A stretch of DNA of 64,000 bases, from positions 17,980,001-18,044,000 of the forward strand of contig OX597835.1 of NCBI GenBank assembly GCA_951406725.2, read 5' to 3'. This DNA comes from Octopus vulgaris (Eukaryota). A model generated the notes under the pieces. That model saw only the letters and a list, made by a program, of their open reading frames with translations. It had not been told where the DNA came from and did no database searches. Both the position numbers and the translations under genes were made by a program. Below are positions 42,849 through 57,388 of this stretch, in pieces; within the stretch, counting starts at the first letter, position 1, and the number at the start of each line of letters is the position of its first letter.

Positions 42849-42855
<7 letters not shown>
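42754..42855. repeat. Fold-back inverted repeat, ~37-bp arms, between (TA)n tracts
   Basis: tatatacgaaagaaggtttgaaaatgcaattttaaaa ... ttttaaaattgcattttcaaaccttctttcgtatata. Confidence 0.9.
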
Positions 42856-42911
<56 letters not shown>

Positions 42912-42924
42912 CATATATATATAT

Positions 42925-42978
<54 letters not shown>

Positions 42979-43689
42979 AGGAGAAATAAGATGCAATGAT
43001 CCAGCTAAGATGCGATTTCACTGGAAGCACCATATAAAGCAATGTCTTTGTTCCTCCATCGATAAAACTCTTTTCTCTTTCCTTCATGCCAGCTTACCTG
43101 CAACAATACTTTGTTGAATTGTAAAGTTATGTAGGCTACCTGTTGCGAGTCAGATCGTTTTATGCACAACTGGATGTTGAACGTAAGAACTATCGTTTAT
43201 TTTACTGCTGCTGTGCTCGTTAATTGTTAAAATCACCAATGCACCTGTTATCAGCAATTAGCTACGCCTTACACATATACTAAGGAAAGGCAAAAAATAT
43301 CGACGCATTTGCCATAACTTTCTTTACGTTAGCGGCACAGTCTTCAGTGCTCGCGTGCTAAAAAGGTGATATTGTGGTTTCGTGACCGACGTTTAACCTT
43401 GGTCACTCCAGTTTTCTTTCTTGTGTGATAGAATAAGCATTCCCGCTGCGCTAGCATTCTGTATCATGAGCGAACGGAGATCTGTGACCCGATTTCTCTG
43501 GTCTGAAAGTGTTTCGTGGACTGAAATTCTTTGCAGGCTCTCAGTATAACACGGGGACAGCGATCTACCGCATAGAAGTGTGTATGAATAGGTCGAAAGT
43601 TTTAAAAACCAATGGACAAATGTGAAGCGGGAAGGGGGCGCAGAAAGCCCATTGATCTCTGCCCGTAACATGAAGATTCTACAAGCTGC

Positions 43690-44215
43690 AGAGATAGTTT
43701 TCTACGAACCAATGAGTGATCGTCTGATGGGTGAATGTTCTCTGCAAATTCGGCAATACAGAAAAATAACAATCAGCGAACACGTGGTTCTGTTTAAGAA
43801 ATCAATCAGCACTCGTTTCGTTTCCGTAAATGGCGTTCCAGATTGATACCAAACGAACTTACTGAAATGCATAATCGTAATTGTGTAGACATCTCTGAAC
43901 GCTTAGCGACCGCGACAACGATTTCGAAGTATTTTCTTAGAGAATACTCACAGGAGATGAGACCTGGTGCCATCACATTGAAGCAGAATACAAAACGCAG
44001 ATTAGAAGATTAGAATCTTCCTGAATTTCCAGCGAAAAAAGTATTTCATGATTCAAACATCCACAGAAAAAAAAAATTGATGTTCACCCTTTTGGGGGGA
44101 TTCAAATGGGCCTATACCGGAACGAACGTTATTTGGAAAAGGGGTTTAAGCTACAATGAAATTCTAGCCAACAAACTGAAACCAGCAATTTGCATAAACG
44201 ACGGAGTCTATTCCC
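43690..44215 (+). pseudogene. mariner transposase remnant
   Basis: RILTGDETWCHH (~43941-43976), KLMFTLF and KLKPAI fragments. Confidence 0.8.
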
Positions 44216-44507
44216 AAATCAAGTGTTGCTTCCCAACCCCATAGTTCTCAGTTCAGTGACAGTGCGTCGCACTGGGGGCAAGCGCCTTCTATTATAGCCC
44301 CAGACCAAGCAAAAACTTGTCAGTTGGTTTGCTAGACAGAAACTGAAAGAACCTCGTCGTATATATATATATATATATACAATAATATGTTACATTACTC
44401 GATAGTTATGTAACATATAGTAATGTAACATATTATTGAATAGATAAATTTCCTCTATTTACATAATATTGAGGTCTCTTTCTTTCTTTTGATATCTTAC
44501 CGTTTTA

Positions 44508-44552
<45 letters not shown>

Positions 44553-44555
<3 letters not shown>

Positions 44556-44724
44556 CGCAGGAATGGCTGTGTGGTAAGTAGCTTGCTAACCAACCACATG
44601 GTTCCGGGTTCAGTCCCACTGCGTTGCAGCTTGGGCAAGTGTCTTCTGCTATAGCCCCGGGCCGACCAATGCCTTGTGAGTGGATTTGGTAGACGGAAAC
44701 TGAAAGAAGCCTGTCGTATATATG

Positions 44725-44792
<68 letters not shown>

Positions 44793-44995
44793 TGTGTCTG
44801 TGTTTGCCCCCCTAGCATTGCTTGACAACCGATGCTGGTGTGTTTACGTCCCCGTAACTTAGCGGTTCGGCAAAAGAGACCGATAGAATAAGTACTACGC
44901 TTACAAAGAATAAGTCCCGGCGTCGATTTGCTCGATTAAAGGCGGTGCTCCAGCATGGCCGCAGTCAAATGACAAGTAAAAGAGTAAAAGAGTAG
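44553..44995 (+). mobile_element. SINE family A, well-preserved full-length copy
   Basis: ggcgcaggaatggctgtgtggtaagtagcttg...(TA)n(TG)n...aagtaaaagagtaaaagagt. Extra tail fragments lie at ~45075-45250 and ~45453-45556. Confidence 0.92.
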
Positions 44996-45007
44996 ATATA
45001 TATATAC

Positions 45008-45059
<52 letters not shown>

Positions 45060-45910
45060 GTATACATGTGTGTGTATGTCTATGTTTGTCCTCCCATCGC
45101 TTGATAACCGATCTTCGTGTGCTTATCTCCCCTGACTTCGCGGTTCAACAAAAGCGACGATAGAATAAGTACTAGGCTTATAAACAATACGTCCTGGGGT
45201 CGATTTCTTTGACTAAACCGCGGTCATATCACTGAAGCAAGTGAAAGAATGTCTGTCTTCCAACCTCTGCCTTTGTTTTAACAAATTACAGAAGCAAAAG
45301 TGTCTCGGTTTAACCTCTCTCCTTCTCTCTCTTTCTCTCCCTCTACCCCCTCTCTCTGTCCCTTACACACACACACATACACACACATACACACACACAC
45401 ACACACATGCATTTAACAGCTTCAGTAAGAATAAATAATTCTTTGTAAGCTTAAGTACTAGGCTTACAAAGAATAAGTCCCGGGGTCGATTTGCTCGACT
45501 AAAGGCGGTGATCCAGCATGGCCGCAGTCAAATGACAAGTAAAGGAGTAAAAGAGTGTATATATATATATATACTCGGCGCTCGCATCGCTGACACGCCA
45601 CGCAGAATATTTTTTAGCTTATTTTGAAGCCGTCGCCATAGGAGCAAAAAACGGTTGGTACGAAAATGACGCGACGTGTGCAGGTATGTGTCGGCATCCA
45701 TATCGGTTTATATTTACGAAAATATAAGCGCAGGCCGAAGGATGTGCAGAAATATGTGCAATTAGTATGAATGCCTATGATGTAGATGAGTGAATGCTTG
45801 TCTTCTCTGTAGATGTGTCGATGTATTTTGCATGCATCTATAAGTTTGTGTGTTTGCGTAGATTTGTTTACACACACACACGCGCGCGCGCGTGCATACA
45901 TATATGAATA

Positions 45911-46649
45911 TCTCTATTCATATATATCTGTCAGGTTGTACCCTAACCCTAACCACGGCTTTCAACCGATTCTGATGAAACTTGACACACACATAGCCCA
46001 ATGTCATAATTCAAAACTAACGCAGCGAAACTTTTGAATAGTTCCCACAGTTCTGATAAAAATCGAAAAATTCGACATGGGGTCGAGAATCTAAGCTTAT
46101 CATATGCAACACATTTTCTGTTGTAGTTTTCGCAACTTGCAATCGATTGGTGAAGCTTAATGTTACCCTAAGGAACTTAATTCTGACGTTAGTTTTCCAT
46201 GCAATACCTTACCATAAGAAAAAATCGATAAAATCATGCCATTTTGGGAAATCACGTTCAAATTCAAGATGACATATTTTCGACAATATCTTTAACAAAT
46301 TGGCAGAATTTTTAAAAAATTCACAGCGAGCATCATGTCTGCTCCAAGGAGCTATATGGCCCTTTTGATTCCAATAGGATACGTTATTACTGGAAAAAAT
46401 CGGTTAATTACATCATATGTGGCACACATAGCAAACCGATTTTTCTGCGATATTTTTTGAAAGTTCACATAGATTTTCCCTACTTCTTCATGCATGCAAG
46501 GGAACGGTACCTTGGATGCCTTAATGCCTTTTAGACTTCATTTTACAAAATAAGGGTTCAATGAGTACAAAAAAGGGTAAAAAGATAAAGGGCATTGCTT
46601 ATCGACAAAGTTTCTTACATACCCGGGCAACGCTGGGCTATGCTGCTAG
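45911..46649 (+). mobile_element. Non-autonomous Helitron
   Basis: 3' GC hairpin cccgggcaacgctggg (46622-46637) followed by CTAG|T (46646-46650). The 5' part has ccctaaccctaacc and ttcaaccgattctgatgaaacttg. The 5' TC boundary is approximate. Confidence 0.75.
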
Positions 46650-46878
46650 TATAATATATTTCTCAATCAATCACTCAATTAAACAATCAATTAATCTATT
46701 AATCTATCTATTTATCTGTCTGTCTCTCCTTTTTTCTTTGTCTATGAAATAGGTGTGCATGTGCTTGCATCATGTGTGTACGTACGACGTAACCGCGTTT
46801 ATGCATATTTACGCCATATATATATATATATATATATATACGACATATATATATACACACATATATATATACATACAT

Positions 46879-46939
<61 letters not shown>

Positions 46940-47014
46940 AATTCAAGGCGAATTTAAAAAAGTTTTTTAGGTTAGTTCAATGATTCAGTATGACAAAGTA
47001 TTTATTTTACTAAG

Positions 47015-47049
<35 letters not shown>

Positions 47050-47144
47050 CATATACACACACACACATATATATACACTTGGTATAAATTGATTAATAAT
47101 ATATATATAATATATATATATGTATATATATATATGCATATATA

Positions 47145-47205
<61 letters not shown>

Positions 47206-48589
47206 GTATGTATCTATGGCTATCTATGTTTCTCTCACTGAAGTACATATAGTTATATATATATATACAATTATGCATACATACATATGCATAAATATAT
47301 ATATGTATATACATAAATGTATAATAACATATTATAATAACACTTATTCTTCGAGTCGATGCAACAATTTTTAAATATATAATATAAATATATACATGTG
47401 TGCGTGTATATATATATATATATATATATATACACGCACACACACACTCGTTTTTATGTATATGTTTTGTGTGCTTTATATGGTTATTCCTGGAAGAATT
47501 CAAAACGTACGCTTCACCTGAACATTATTGCAACTACAGTCTAACGTCCTTGACTGAAGCTGAACAGCCCCCACCTCTACCAATACTACCAACTCCACCA
47601 ACGTTAGCAGCATAACCACCACCGGCTTCACCGACAAATCTGCTATCAACACACCAATACCAACCTTACTTTACTAATTTACTACGAAGCCAACATTCAA
47701 CTCTCCGCTGCCAATTTTGCTGTCAGAATGTCAGATGCTTCGTCTACAAAACGATCTGATAGTTCTAAAGTGTGTCATTCGGAATATGAATACACTTAGA
47801 TATTTGTAACTAAACATCAACTCATCAAAAGTCGCCCTATCTCGTATCAGAGAAAGCGCTCACGTTTGTCTTCAGGAATTATTGTTGTAATTTGTGGTGG
47901 CATCGGCGGCGGCGGTGCTGACGGAAATGGCGCTCGTTATGGCGGTGACGACGATTGACGTGGTGCCTTTCGTAGCAATGGCGTCGGTTGTGTTACAGGT
48001 TGTACTGTTGGGAGACGGTGGGCGATGGAAATATAGCGACGTACCATTCAAAATGGCTGCTTTTTACTTTGTTTTTCCCTGCTTTCTTTCGAAAACTGTT
48101 TAACGTTAATGTTAATGTTTGCTGTCAAATATCCGATTGAATTGTCGAAATGAGTGATTCTAAGAAAAGCTACGACACTTTTAGCGTTAACGAAAACTGT
48201 TTCCACATCTCGACAATCTATTGTCTGTCCATGGAATGAGCCAGGTAAGGTATTATTAATAGCGACAGCAAATACATCATCGACTTCCGTAGTTTGGCAA
48301 CAGGCAACAATTTATCTCATTTCCGCTTTATTCAACTTCAAGCCAATCAATACTTATTACAACCAAATTAAAGGGGAAAGCTCCAGTTTCCTTCTTCCGT
48401 ATGAATTCCGCACCGTACGCAATGTTCCTTTTCTTTTTCTATCTCTATATTTACTGTTAGTTGTACATCACAATCGGTGAAAAATTTTTCACTCCGATCT
48501 GCAACCACGACGACGACGACGATGACGACATCGCAGATACCGTCATTTCTTAGCGAATATCAACATCAACCCCAACACCTCAAATATAT

Positions 48590-48885
48590 CTATTTCTGTA
48601 CTACCCACAAGGGGCTAAACACAGGGAGGACAAACAAGGACAGACAAACGGATAAAGTCGATTATATCGACCCCAGTGCGTAACTGGTACTTATTTAATC
48701 GACCCCGAAAGGATGAAAGGCAAAGTCGACCTCAGCGGAATTTGAAGTCAGAATGTAACGGCAGACGAAATACCTATTTCTTTATTACCCACAAGGGGCT
48801 AAACATAGAGGGGACAAACAACGACAGACAAATACCGCTAAGCATTTCGCCCAGCGTGCTAACGTTTCTGCCAGCTCGCCGCCTC
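48590..48885 (-). mobile_element. SINE family D with internal tail-body-tail arrangement
   Basis: Minus strand reads head...gcttagcggtattt / tail...gtaataaagaaata / ggtatttcgtctgccgttac body / tail. Confidence 0.85.
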
Positions 48886-49208
48886 ACATCATCATCCCTA
48901 ACAACATAATCCTCATCATGATCATCATCATCGTCGTCGTCATCATCAACAGCATGACCACCTTCATTCGTGCCAGCACTACTAGAACCACCACCCTTCT
49001 CCTCATACCTGCGGTGATATTTTTGTTGTTGTTGTTGTTGTGGGTGTCGGGGTTAGTATTGACTGTTATGGTGATAATGCACTTATGCTCGTGTGAACAA
49101 AACAAGAGCATAATACAGACTGACAACAACGATCCAGGAAAAAATCCAACGGCCTAGTGTTCGGTGTAACGAGATTGATGATAATAATGCTGATAATAAA
49201 AAATAATG

Positions 49209-49316
<108 letters not shown>

Positions 49317-49344
49317 TATTATAATAATAATGGTAATAATAATG

Positions 49345-49384
<40 letters not shown>

Positions 49385-49434
49385 TAATAATAATTATGTA
49401 TAATAATAATAACAACAACAACAACAACAACAAC

Positions 49435-49479
<45 letters not shown>

Positions 49480-49496
49480 TATTATTATTATTAATA

Positions 49497-49537
<41 letters not shown>

Positions 49538-49549
49538 TACTGTTGTTAT

Positions 49550-50200
49550 GAAGAAGCGGTGAGCTAGCAGATCTTTAGCACGCCGGACGAAACGCTTAGC
49601 GGTATTTAGCCCGTGGATATGTTCTGTGTTCAAATTCCGCCTAGGTCGGTGTTGCTATATTAAGTACCAGTGAAACACTGGGGTCGATGGAATGGACTAG
49701 TGCCTTGCTCCAGAATGTCAGGCCTTGTACATTTAGTAGAAAGGATTATTATCATTATGAAGGCGGCGAACTGGCTGACTCGTTTGCAGGCCGGACAAAA
49801 TGCATAGCAGCATGTTGTCTGTCATTACGTTCTGAGTTCAAATGGCGTAGAGGTCTACTTTGCCTTTCATCATTTTGGGGTCGATAAAATAAGTACCACT
49901 TAGCTGCGGAGTCGATGTAATTGACGTACCCCTCCTCCAATGATGCTAGCCTTGAGCCACAAATTAGAATGGTTACTATATTTATTGTCGAGACACATGG
50001 CCTAGTGGTTAGAGCAGTGGACTGGCGGTCGAGGGATCGCGGGTTGTATCAACCTTTGCCTCTCTCGTGAATAACATCAGTAGCCTAGAGAAGGGAGGCT
50101 TTTATGCTGTCTTGCAAGAACCTTATCCGAACTTGTGCAGGAGAACTTTCTAGGTGCAATCTGGTGGTTATTCATAACCGAAGAGGATCTTTACCTTCTT
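49550..50200 (+). mobile_element. Three adjacent SINEs (two family D, one B-type head) after (AAT)n/(ATT)n
   Basis: Heads at ~49553 (gcggtgagctagcag), ~49760 (aggcggcgaactggc) and ~49990 (catggcctagtggttagagcag). Confidence 0.75.
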
Positions 50201-50594
50201 TATACTATGACTAATCCCATCTGGTCATTTGTAGGCAATGTCTAGATTTACAAACGCTGCAGGGACTGGCTTATATAATTTCGAATCCATGATTGCTGGC
50301 ATCCTATTCACCACGTAGAGCATTACATTTAAAAAGAGACAAATTAGGAATAATGGACATTGTAGCTCAATGTCCATGGAGCCATAGACAATTGTCTGAC
50401 AGCAACACAGAGGAATATTAGATATCTGAAATTGACGGGATGTTCAGGGCTCGAACTTTCAATCCTATCCGATTTAGTCCACCGTTTGACACCAGTTGCA
50501 TGCCATTTCTACATTGACATGGAGTGTGCAGTTAAATTAATTTGCTGTGCCTGACGATCAAACGTGTGTGAGATATACAATAGAGATACATATA

Positions 50595-50849
50595 TAAAAA
50601 ATGAATAATAAATGCGCCCTTTTAAAACCTAGCCATGCTCATGGGCCCGGTTTCCCGGTTTCAATGGCATACGTGTTCCCCAGCTGGACGGGACGCCAGT
50701 CCATCGCAGCGTTACCCATTTTTGCCAGCTGAGTAGACTGGAGCAACGTGAAATGATGTATTTTGCTCAAGAACACAACGCGTCACCCGATCCAGGAATC
50801 GAAACCACAATCTTGCTGACACGTTAACCACTAAACCATGCGCCTCCAC
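50595..50849 (-). mobile_element. SINE, family C head with 13-bp TSD
   Basis: TSD agagatacatata at 50582-50594 and 50850-50862; the tail is of the type seen at 15200-15297. Confidence 0.88.
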
Positions 50850-51818
50850 AGAGATACATATACTAATTCATAATAAGCGTGTGTTCTGCCATCGACTCGG
50901 GGTTAAACAATACAACGACTACACCGGCATGTCACTTAATAGCGATTGTAGACAACATCAAAATAAAATTAGACACAAAGGCAACATATTATTGAGGTTA
51001 ATCTGAAAGATTGGCAGAAGCTGAATTCTTCAGAAATAAGGAGTAAATATTACACGTGTTTACTCTATTAGATTACAACTACAACAACTGCTGGAATCAA
51101 AGCTGTATTGCGGAAAACGGCTTAGAATTAACAATTAAGGCACCGCCTGGAATTATTGATTTGAAATTAGAGGATTAACTGCTCTTACCAACACGGCTCT
51201 TTCCCTATCTCACAAATAAAGCTTCAGAAAATGGTGTTCGGAGACTGACGTCGGATTAGGCCGAAATATGAAACGACAACTAGGATTCATATAGCTACAT
51301 TATTGATTTAGCTCTCAAAATATATCCAGGAAATCTAAGAATTTAGGACAGCTTTCTTGGGAGAACGTGACTGCTTATAGTGACTTTCAATCTTTATTTG
51401 GTAGAATATCTTGTTATATTATTGTCTCTAATATCAAACATAACATACTTTTTGATAATTCCTCGAGAAATTTATGCAGCAAATGTTAACTCATTCATAT
51501 TGTATTCCACCTCCGAACATAAGAATTAAAGAGAATTATAAAAATATGAAGAAAGGTTTTTTTTCAATTTAATTATCTATATTTATTATAAAGTTTACGC
51601 ATTATATTCTGGTATCATCAATAATGACGACTAATATTTCGGTTACTTAAATTTATTGATTATGATAATCAATACATTTGAAATGAAATGTTTATTTATA
51701 AATGCAAATATTCGCAATTTATAGAATCTTTACAGTACAATTTTGAAAAAGAGGTTGAAGAAGGCAAGCGATATAAATCCGTAACTCCTATTCCTCAACG
51801 GACATTATATACATATGC

Positions 51819-51868
<50 letters not shown>

Positions 51869-51894
51869 AACTTACTTGGAAATGGATGGGTGGC

Positions 51895-52215
51895 ATCATT
51901 TGACTGCAGCCATGCTGGGGCACCACCTTTAATCAAACAAATTGTCCCAACGACTTAATCTTTCTCTTTGCCGAACCGCTAAGTTAACGAGACGTAAACA
52001 CACCAACAAAGGTTCTCAAACGATGGTGGAGAGATAGAGACACACACAAATATATATATATATATATATGTGCGTGTGTGTTTGTGTCTGTGCGTATACG
52101 ACGGGCTTCTTGCAGTCTCCGCCTTCGAAATTAACTCAAAAAGTATTTGGTCGATCCGAGGCTTCAGTAGGAGACTCTTGTCTAATGTGTAACGCAGTGG
52201 GACCGAACCTGCAAC
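51895..52215 (-). mobile_element. SINE family A (diverged)
   Basis: tcatttgactgcagccatgctggggcaccacc...aacgcagtgggaccgaacc. Confidence 0.75.
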
Positions 52216-52293
52216 CATATATATGGATATATATATATACATATATATACATACATATATATATATATACACATACATACATATATATGTGTG

Positions 52294-52364
<71 letters not shown>

Positions 52365-52499
52365 ACATACATATATATGGATATACTGAGCTGATGCTTC
52401 ACTCCAGATTATTATTGATTCCCAGATACAATTAAGTTTCTAACACTGCTGACACCGCCGGATTGCAGTCAGGTATCGAAACCATTATGATATACGTTT

Positions 52500-52542
52500 G
52501 GCAGCTGATGATTTGAATACATATTCGCAATTGTCAGTTGCC
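52500..52542 (+). ncRNA. Degenerate hammerhead-like motif
   Basis: GGCAG-CTGATGA-ttt-GAATA ca TATTC-GCAA (for GAAA)-TTG-TC-AGTTGCC; the flanks are complementary. Confidence 0.4.
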
Positions 52543-53195
52543 TATTATACCATTAAAGTTGTAAATATTCGTGAATCTGTGGCCTTTGGCGATTACTTAC
52601 ATTGATATTATAGATATTATAGATATTATAGATATAATGTTTTATATGAATGTGTTTTGTATATGTGTATCTATAGATGAATATATTTTGGGATTGAATT
52701 TTTCGTCGAGAAGTACATTAAAATGCCATCTTTGTTTGATGAAGTGAAGTTTTTACTCATTGAATTATGGTCTAACTTAAAAGATTACTCGAGAGATCAG
52801 TATACCTTGAAGGACATCTTAAAGAAAGGACATGAATTTGTGTTTAAAAATGGCAACGAGCTAAGCTGGATGCTGCAAAGGTTTAGTTAAGAGAATATCT
52901 CTATCTGCAAGAAAACAAAACTAAACGCGCGCAGACAATGTGACCCGCGAGCCAAGATTCCCGAGCATTTGTTGTAGGTTCAGTTACACTTGTAATGCTT
53001 GGCCTCTCAATTGGTCGTAGCTTAAAGGCACTGAAACATGTCGTCGAACGGTGGAATTTTCCCCCCAATACAGTACATTACTTCAAAGAGGACATCGCTA
53101 ACTCTAACTTGACAAATTCATACATGCCCGCATGCAAATATACATAAATACGGATACACAAATTTATATGCGCATATGATTATACTTACATACAA

Positions 53196-53267
<72 letters not shown>

Positions 53268-53304
53268 GTTTTAAATATTTGTTGTGCAAAATTTGTTGAA
53301 ACAG

Positions 53305-53516
53305 ATATTGTTATATTTCGGAATGGTCATTTTGCCAGTTTAACCATTAAAAACACACGCACTATATATTTGGTGTTATTTTGCTTCAGTGTTATTTATT
53401 GAGAAATAAGATTAAGATTAATGTAAAAAATAAATAACACTGAAGCAAAATAACACCAAATATATAGTGCGTGTGTTTTTATTGGCTAAACTGGCAAAAT
53501 GACCATTCCGAAATAT

Positions 53517-53524
<8 letters not shown>
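53305..53524. repeat. Fold-back inverted repeat, 96-bp arms with a 28-bp spacer, between (TA)n tracts
   Basis: atattgttatatttcggaatggtcattttgccagtt...gttatttatt / aataaataac...aaatataacaatat, 2 mismatches. Confidence 0.93.
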
Positions 53525-53565
<41 letters not shown>

Positions 53566-53671
53566 GCATCTTCATATATGTGTGTATGCATGTGTATGAG
53601 TGTGCATATATGAATATATATGGGTATATATATATATATGCATATGTATACATATATATGCATGTATATAG

Positions 53672-53725
<54 letters not shown>

Positions 53726-53782
53726 TTGAATTCCTCTACATAATATCGAGGTCTCTTTCATCTTTTTGTTGTCCTACCATTA

Positions 53783-54000
53783 CTGGCAGAAACGTCAGCG
53801 CTGGGCGAAATGCGTAGCCGCATTTCGTCTATCATTACGTTCTGAGTTCAAATTCCGCCGAGGTCGACTTTGCCTTTCATCCTCTCGGGGTCGATAAATA
53901 TAGTACCAGTTTCGCACTGGGTCGATGTAATCGATTCAATCCCTTTGTCTGTCCTTGTTTGTCCCCTCTATGATTAGCCCCTTGTGGGTAGTAAAGAAAT
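53783..54000 (+). mobile_element. SINE family D monomer
   Basis: ctggcagaaacgtcagcgctgggcgaaatg...gaggtcgactttgcctttcatcctctcggggtcgataaa...gtgggtagtaaagaaat. Confidence 0.9.
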
Positions 54001-54694
54001 ATATACATATACGCGTGTGTGTGCATATAGATGTATACATGTATATGCATGGATATACATATACACATACATATATAACCCTCCAAATATATGTGTGCAG
54101 ATATATATATGTGTACAAATTTCCATATATGTATATATATACCCATACACACATCATTTCGTCTTTGTAAGCATTTGATTAATATTCGATAAAGGACAGA
54201 TTTTCCCTTCGACTTATTCAGCACGACACAAATGTCCTTACGTAGCTTAGCAAGACTGACAATTTTAAATACGAAGACGTGGGTTGAAATGATACAAATT
54301 TGCGGTCGTTAACACGCTAGATTTATTCCAATCTATCTCACCTCTTCCTTGAATATGTCTTGCTACGCAATGCAACATAATGCAACATACTCCAGGAACT
54401 AAAGAAATGTATTTCGTTTGCGATAAATTTCAATTATACATTTTTACCTATTTCGCTTCTATGTTTCGTTGGATACAAGCCTCTCCAATGAGTTAACCGG
54501 TTTCGTGTACAGCACACATTGCTAATACAAAATAATGAGAAAATATCGCAAACTTCATTGGATGATCGTGTCGTAAGCAATTTGTTATCGATATATTACT
54601 ATACAGAACATACCTGTTCGGTGAATTAATATTAAATTTTAACGTTCGTTCGCCTATATACATACATACATGCATACATATATATACATACGTA

Positions 54695-54725
<31 letters not shown>

Positions 54726-54740
54726 GCATATACACACATA

Positions 54741-54787
<47 letters not shown>

Positions 54788-54822
54788 GTTTGTATATGTA
54801 TATGCATATATATATATATATT

Positions 54823-54914
<92 letters not shown>

Positions 54915-55419
54915 TATATGTATGTATGCATGTGTATGCCCCGCTGCTATTCGTTTCTGTTTAAATTACTTCATTACGGTTGAAGGGAGCCATGTTTGGA
55001 TTAAGATTAGATTGGAATCGAAGAATAAGAAATGAAATTCTAGCTCGCAATTCGGCTTAGTTTCTGTCGGCTATCTTTAAATATGTATTGCCTTTAAAGC
55101 AAGTAGGGATGTTAGAGGCGACGGAGGCGTGTGATAGTTGTTTGGAAGTGCAAATGGTGAGAAATGAAAATAGGCGTGTTGATTGCTAGCCTAGCTAAAT
55201 GCTGATATTACACAGTTTTGTAGCTTCGAGTTGAAGTGCTTCTGGAAAAGAATCTACGCGATGAATATTCCGCTTTGCTTATCTCTTCTGTCTAAAGCAA
55301 CGGTGGGAGCAGTGTTTAACTCGTGTTTCTTGAGTTATTCCAGGTTTATGAACAGAGCAAACGTGGGTAGCTGAATATATGAGGAAAGAGATGACCTAAG
55401 TTCTAGAATTCTTGTAAAT

Positions 55420-55990
55420 GCCAGCAGTGATCGTGTTTATAATGTGATAGATGACAGGTGATTGACTATAAATCCCATGAGAGTGTTGAGAATATTATGG
55501 AAAATGAACTTGGCATGATGGTTTCTGCTCGATAGGTGCCACGTCTTTTGACACCTGATCAAAACCACTCGAGGCTGATCACGTCGCTGGTAAATCTAAC
55601 ATTGTTTGAGGCAGATCCAGCTGGTTTCCCTTTGAACCAGAGACTGTAGAGACATACTGTAGAAACAGTCCTCTTCATCTGCTCCAAAGAAAGCCAAGCT
55701 CGTTTTATCAGCAGGCAAATTGATGGCTTCAGTTTCGGGGATGCAGACGTCTAAAGTTCGAATCCATCAAAGGAAAGTAGAATGACAACTTTGTAACGAA
55801 ATTAGTAAAGGCTATAAATGCCAAACGCCCAGGAAATCTGGCTCAAGAGTGGGGACTTTTTTCGTAAAGACAATGCTCCAATACGCAGTTAGCTGGTTTC
55901 AATGACTACAGTGGGTGATCTTGTCGATCATCTTAACTATTCTCTTGATTTGACCCTATCTGATTACCATCTGTTCCGAAACATGTAAAA
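55420..55990 (+). pseudogene. mariner transposase remnant
   Basis: VSAR*VPRLLTPDQ (WVPxxL motif), PKKAKLVLSAGKLMASV, DNAP and YSLDLTLSDYHLF (YSPDLAP motif). Confidence 0.88.
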
Positions 55991-56756
55991 ACAATTGGCT
56001 GAGAGGCACCATTCGGTCACTTTCTGTGAGAGTGTCTTGGTCAGCGTTTTTCCTTTTCAGCCGACACGTAGATCTACAACAACACAAAGCTACTATATTT
56101 CTCAAACACAGGCGATGTTAAACAAATTCGTAGCACCAACACCACCAGCGAGATTAAAGCTCCACAGATTTTGAAGACAACAGGAAGATGTAAGCCTCTT
56201 GAGGTTCGTTCATCTCCATAGCCGAAAGAAGAAGAAGCGTCTCTTTGAAAGCAGTCTCCCCGCCTTTAACAACGGGGAGGTCATTTTGGATATTTTTAGT
56301 CTGAGGAAATGTATATTAGAAAACTCAGGGTGACCATGGCTAGCTTTTACTCTTTTGGTGGTGTTTGTAGTCGGACTGCGGTCACGCTGAGTACACCTTT
56401 TTGAAGGATTGTTCGTACAAATCGATTCCAAAACATATTGGCACTTATACTATCAATACATTTGCCCAGCTGCTTTGTTCTGACCAATAAACCATCTACA
56501 CACTTAAACACACGCGCACATACATTTGAATATATAAAGAAATTACCTCCTCCTGTTTCGAAATCTTCTACATAACACCATAAGGAGTAGATGACACGAT
56601 ATCGGAAACTTGAAAAGAAAATGCGAAACCGGTTATTTCTTGAAAAGCACTGTCACTATACACAAAATTTTATATAATTTCTCTTACAGCACGATTTTAA
56701 TATGTTCTTTAGCCCATATAATACAAATCTAATGTAGTTTTTCATTCTATTTTTGT

Positions 56757-56804
<48 letters not shown>

Positions 56805-56905
56805 TAATCAATATAGGGTGGCAAAAAAAATTTTGTAGAATTCTTTTGCCACCAGCGGCCTAGTAGGAAAAAATTAAATAGTCATAGACCATTTTTAAGT
56901 TCAAC

Positions 56906-57069
56906 AACAACAATCAAGGAACGGCCATAATAGGCCATTCACCCACTAGAAATAACAGCCAAAGCTTCAACCGCAAATAAAAGTTAATTAACTTTTATTT
57001 GCGGTTGAAGCTTTGGCTGTTATTTCTAGTGGGTGAATGGCCTATTATGGCCGTTCCTTGATTGTTGTT
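56906..57069. repeat. Perfect 164-bp palindrome (82-bp arms, no spacer)
   Basis: aacaacaatcaaggaacggcc...aaaagttaa|ttaactttt...ggccgttccttgattgttgtt, centred at 56987/56988 and ending in (TA)n. Confidence 0.95.
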
Positions 57070-57153
57070 ATATATATATATATATATATATGGTGTACTC
57101 TTCCGTGACGGTAAGATAGACTAAAAAAATGTACTACCTCTGGTGAGAGTTAA

Positions 57154-57388
57154 ATATTATTTAATAAGCACAATAGATGTTTTTATGTGCTACTATGTGT
57201 TTCATGTGCTGAGAACATGCCAAGCATTTTTTTTTATAATGCATCTGTCATCTCGGTGCATTGATCAGGCACTGCGTATATCTGCCTGAGGACTTTGTCG
57301 AAATGTCAGACACTTGTTTGGCATGTTCTCAGCCCATAAAACTAACAGCATCACATGAAAACAGGTATTGTATTTACTAAATAATATA
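57154..57388. mobile_element. Old MITE-like hairpin, ~73-bp imperfect arms
   Basis: atattatttaataagcacaatagatg...gctgagaacatgccaagca pairs with tgtttggcatgttctcagc...tttactaaataatat. Confidence 0.75.

Noticed and set aside
45941-45954. CCCTAACCCTAACC telomere-like repeat
   Set aside because: Only two units, inside a Helitron-type element; not an interstitial telomere.
47890-48065. CpG-rich patch with YY1-like AAATGGCG/AAAATGGCTG words, a possible promoter
   Set aside because: Short motifs in a degenerate (GGC/GAC) triplet region with no linked gene.
50200-50560. Possible Gypsy RT remnant
   Set aside because: Only faint PW and MPF-like words; too degraded to call.
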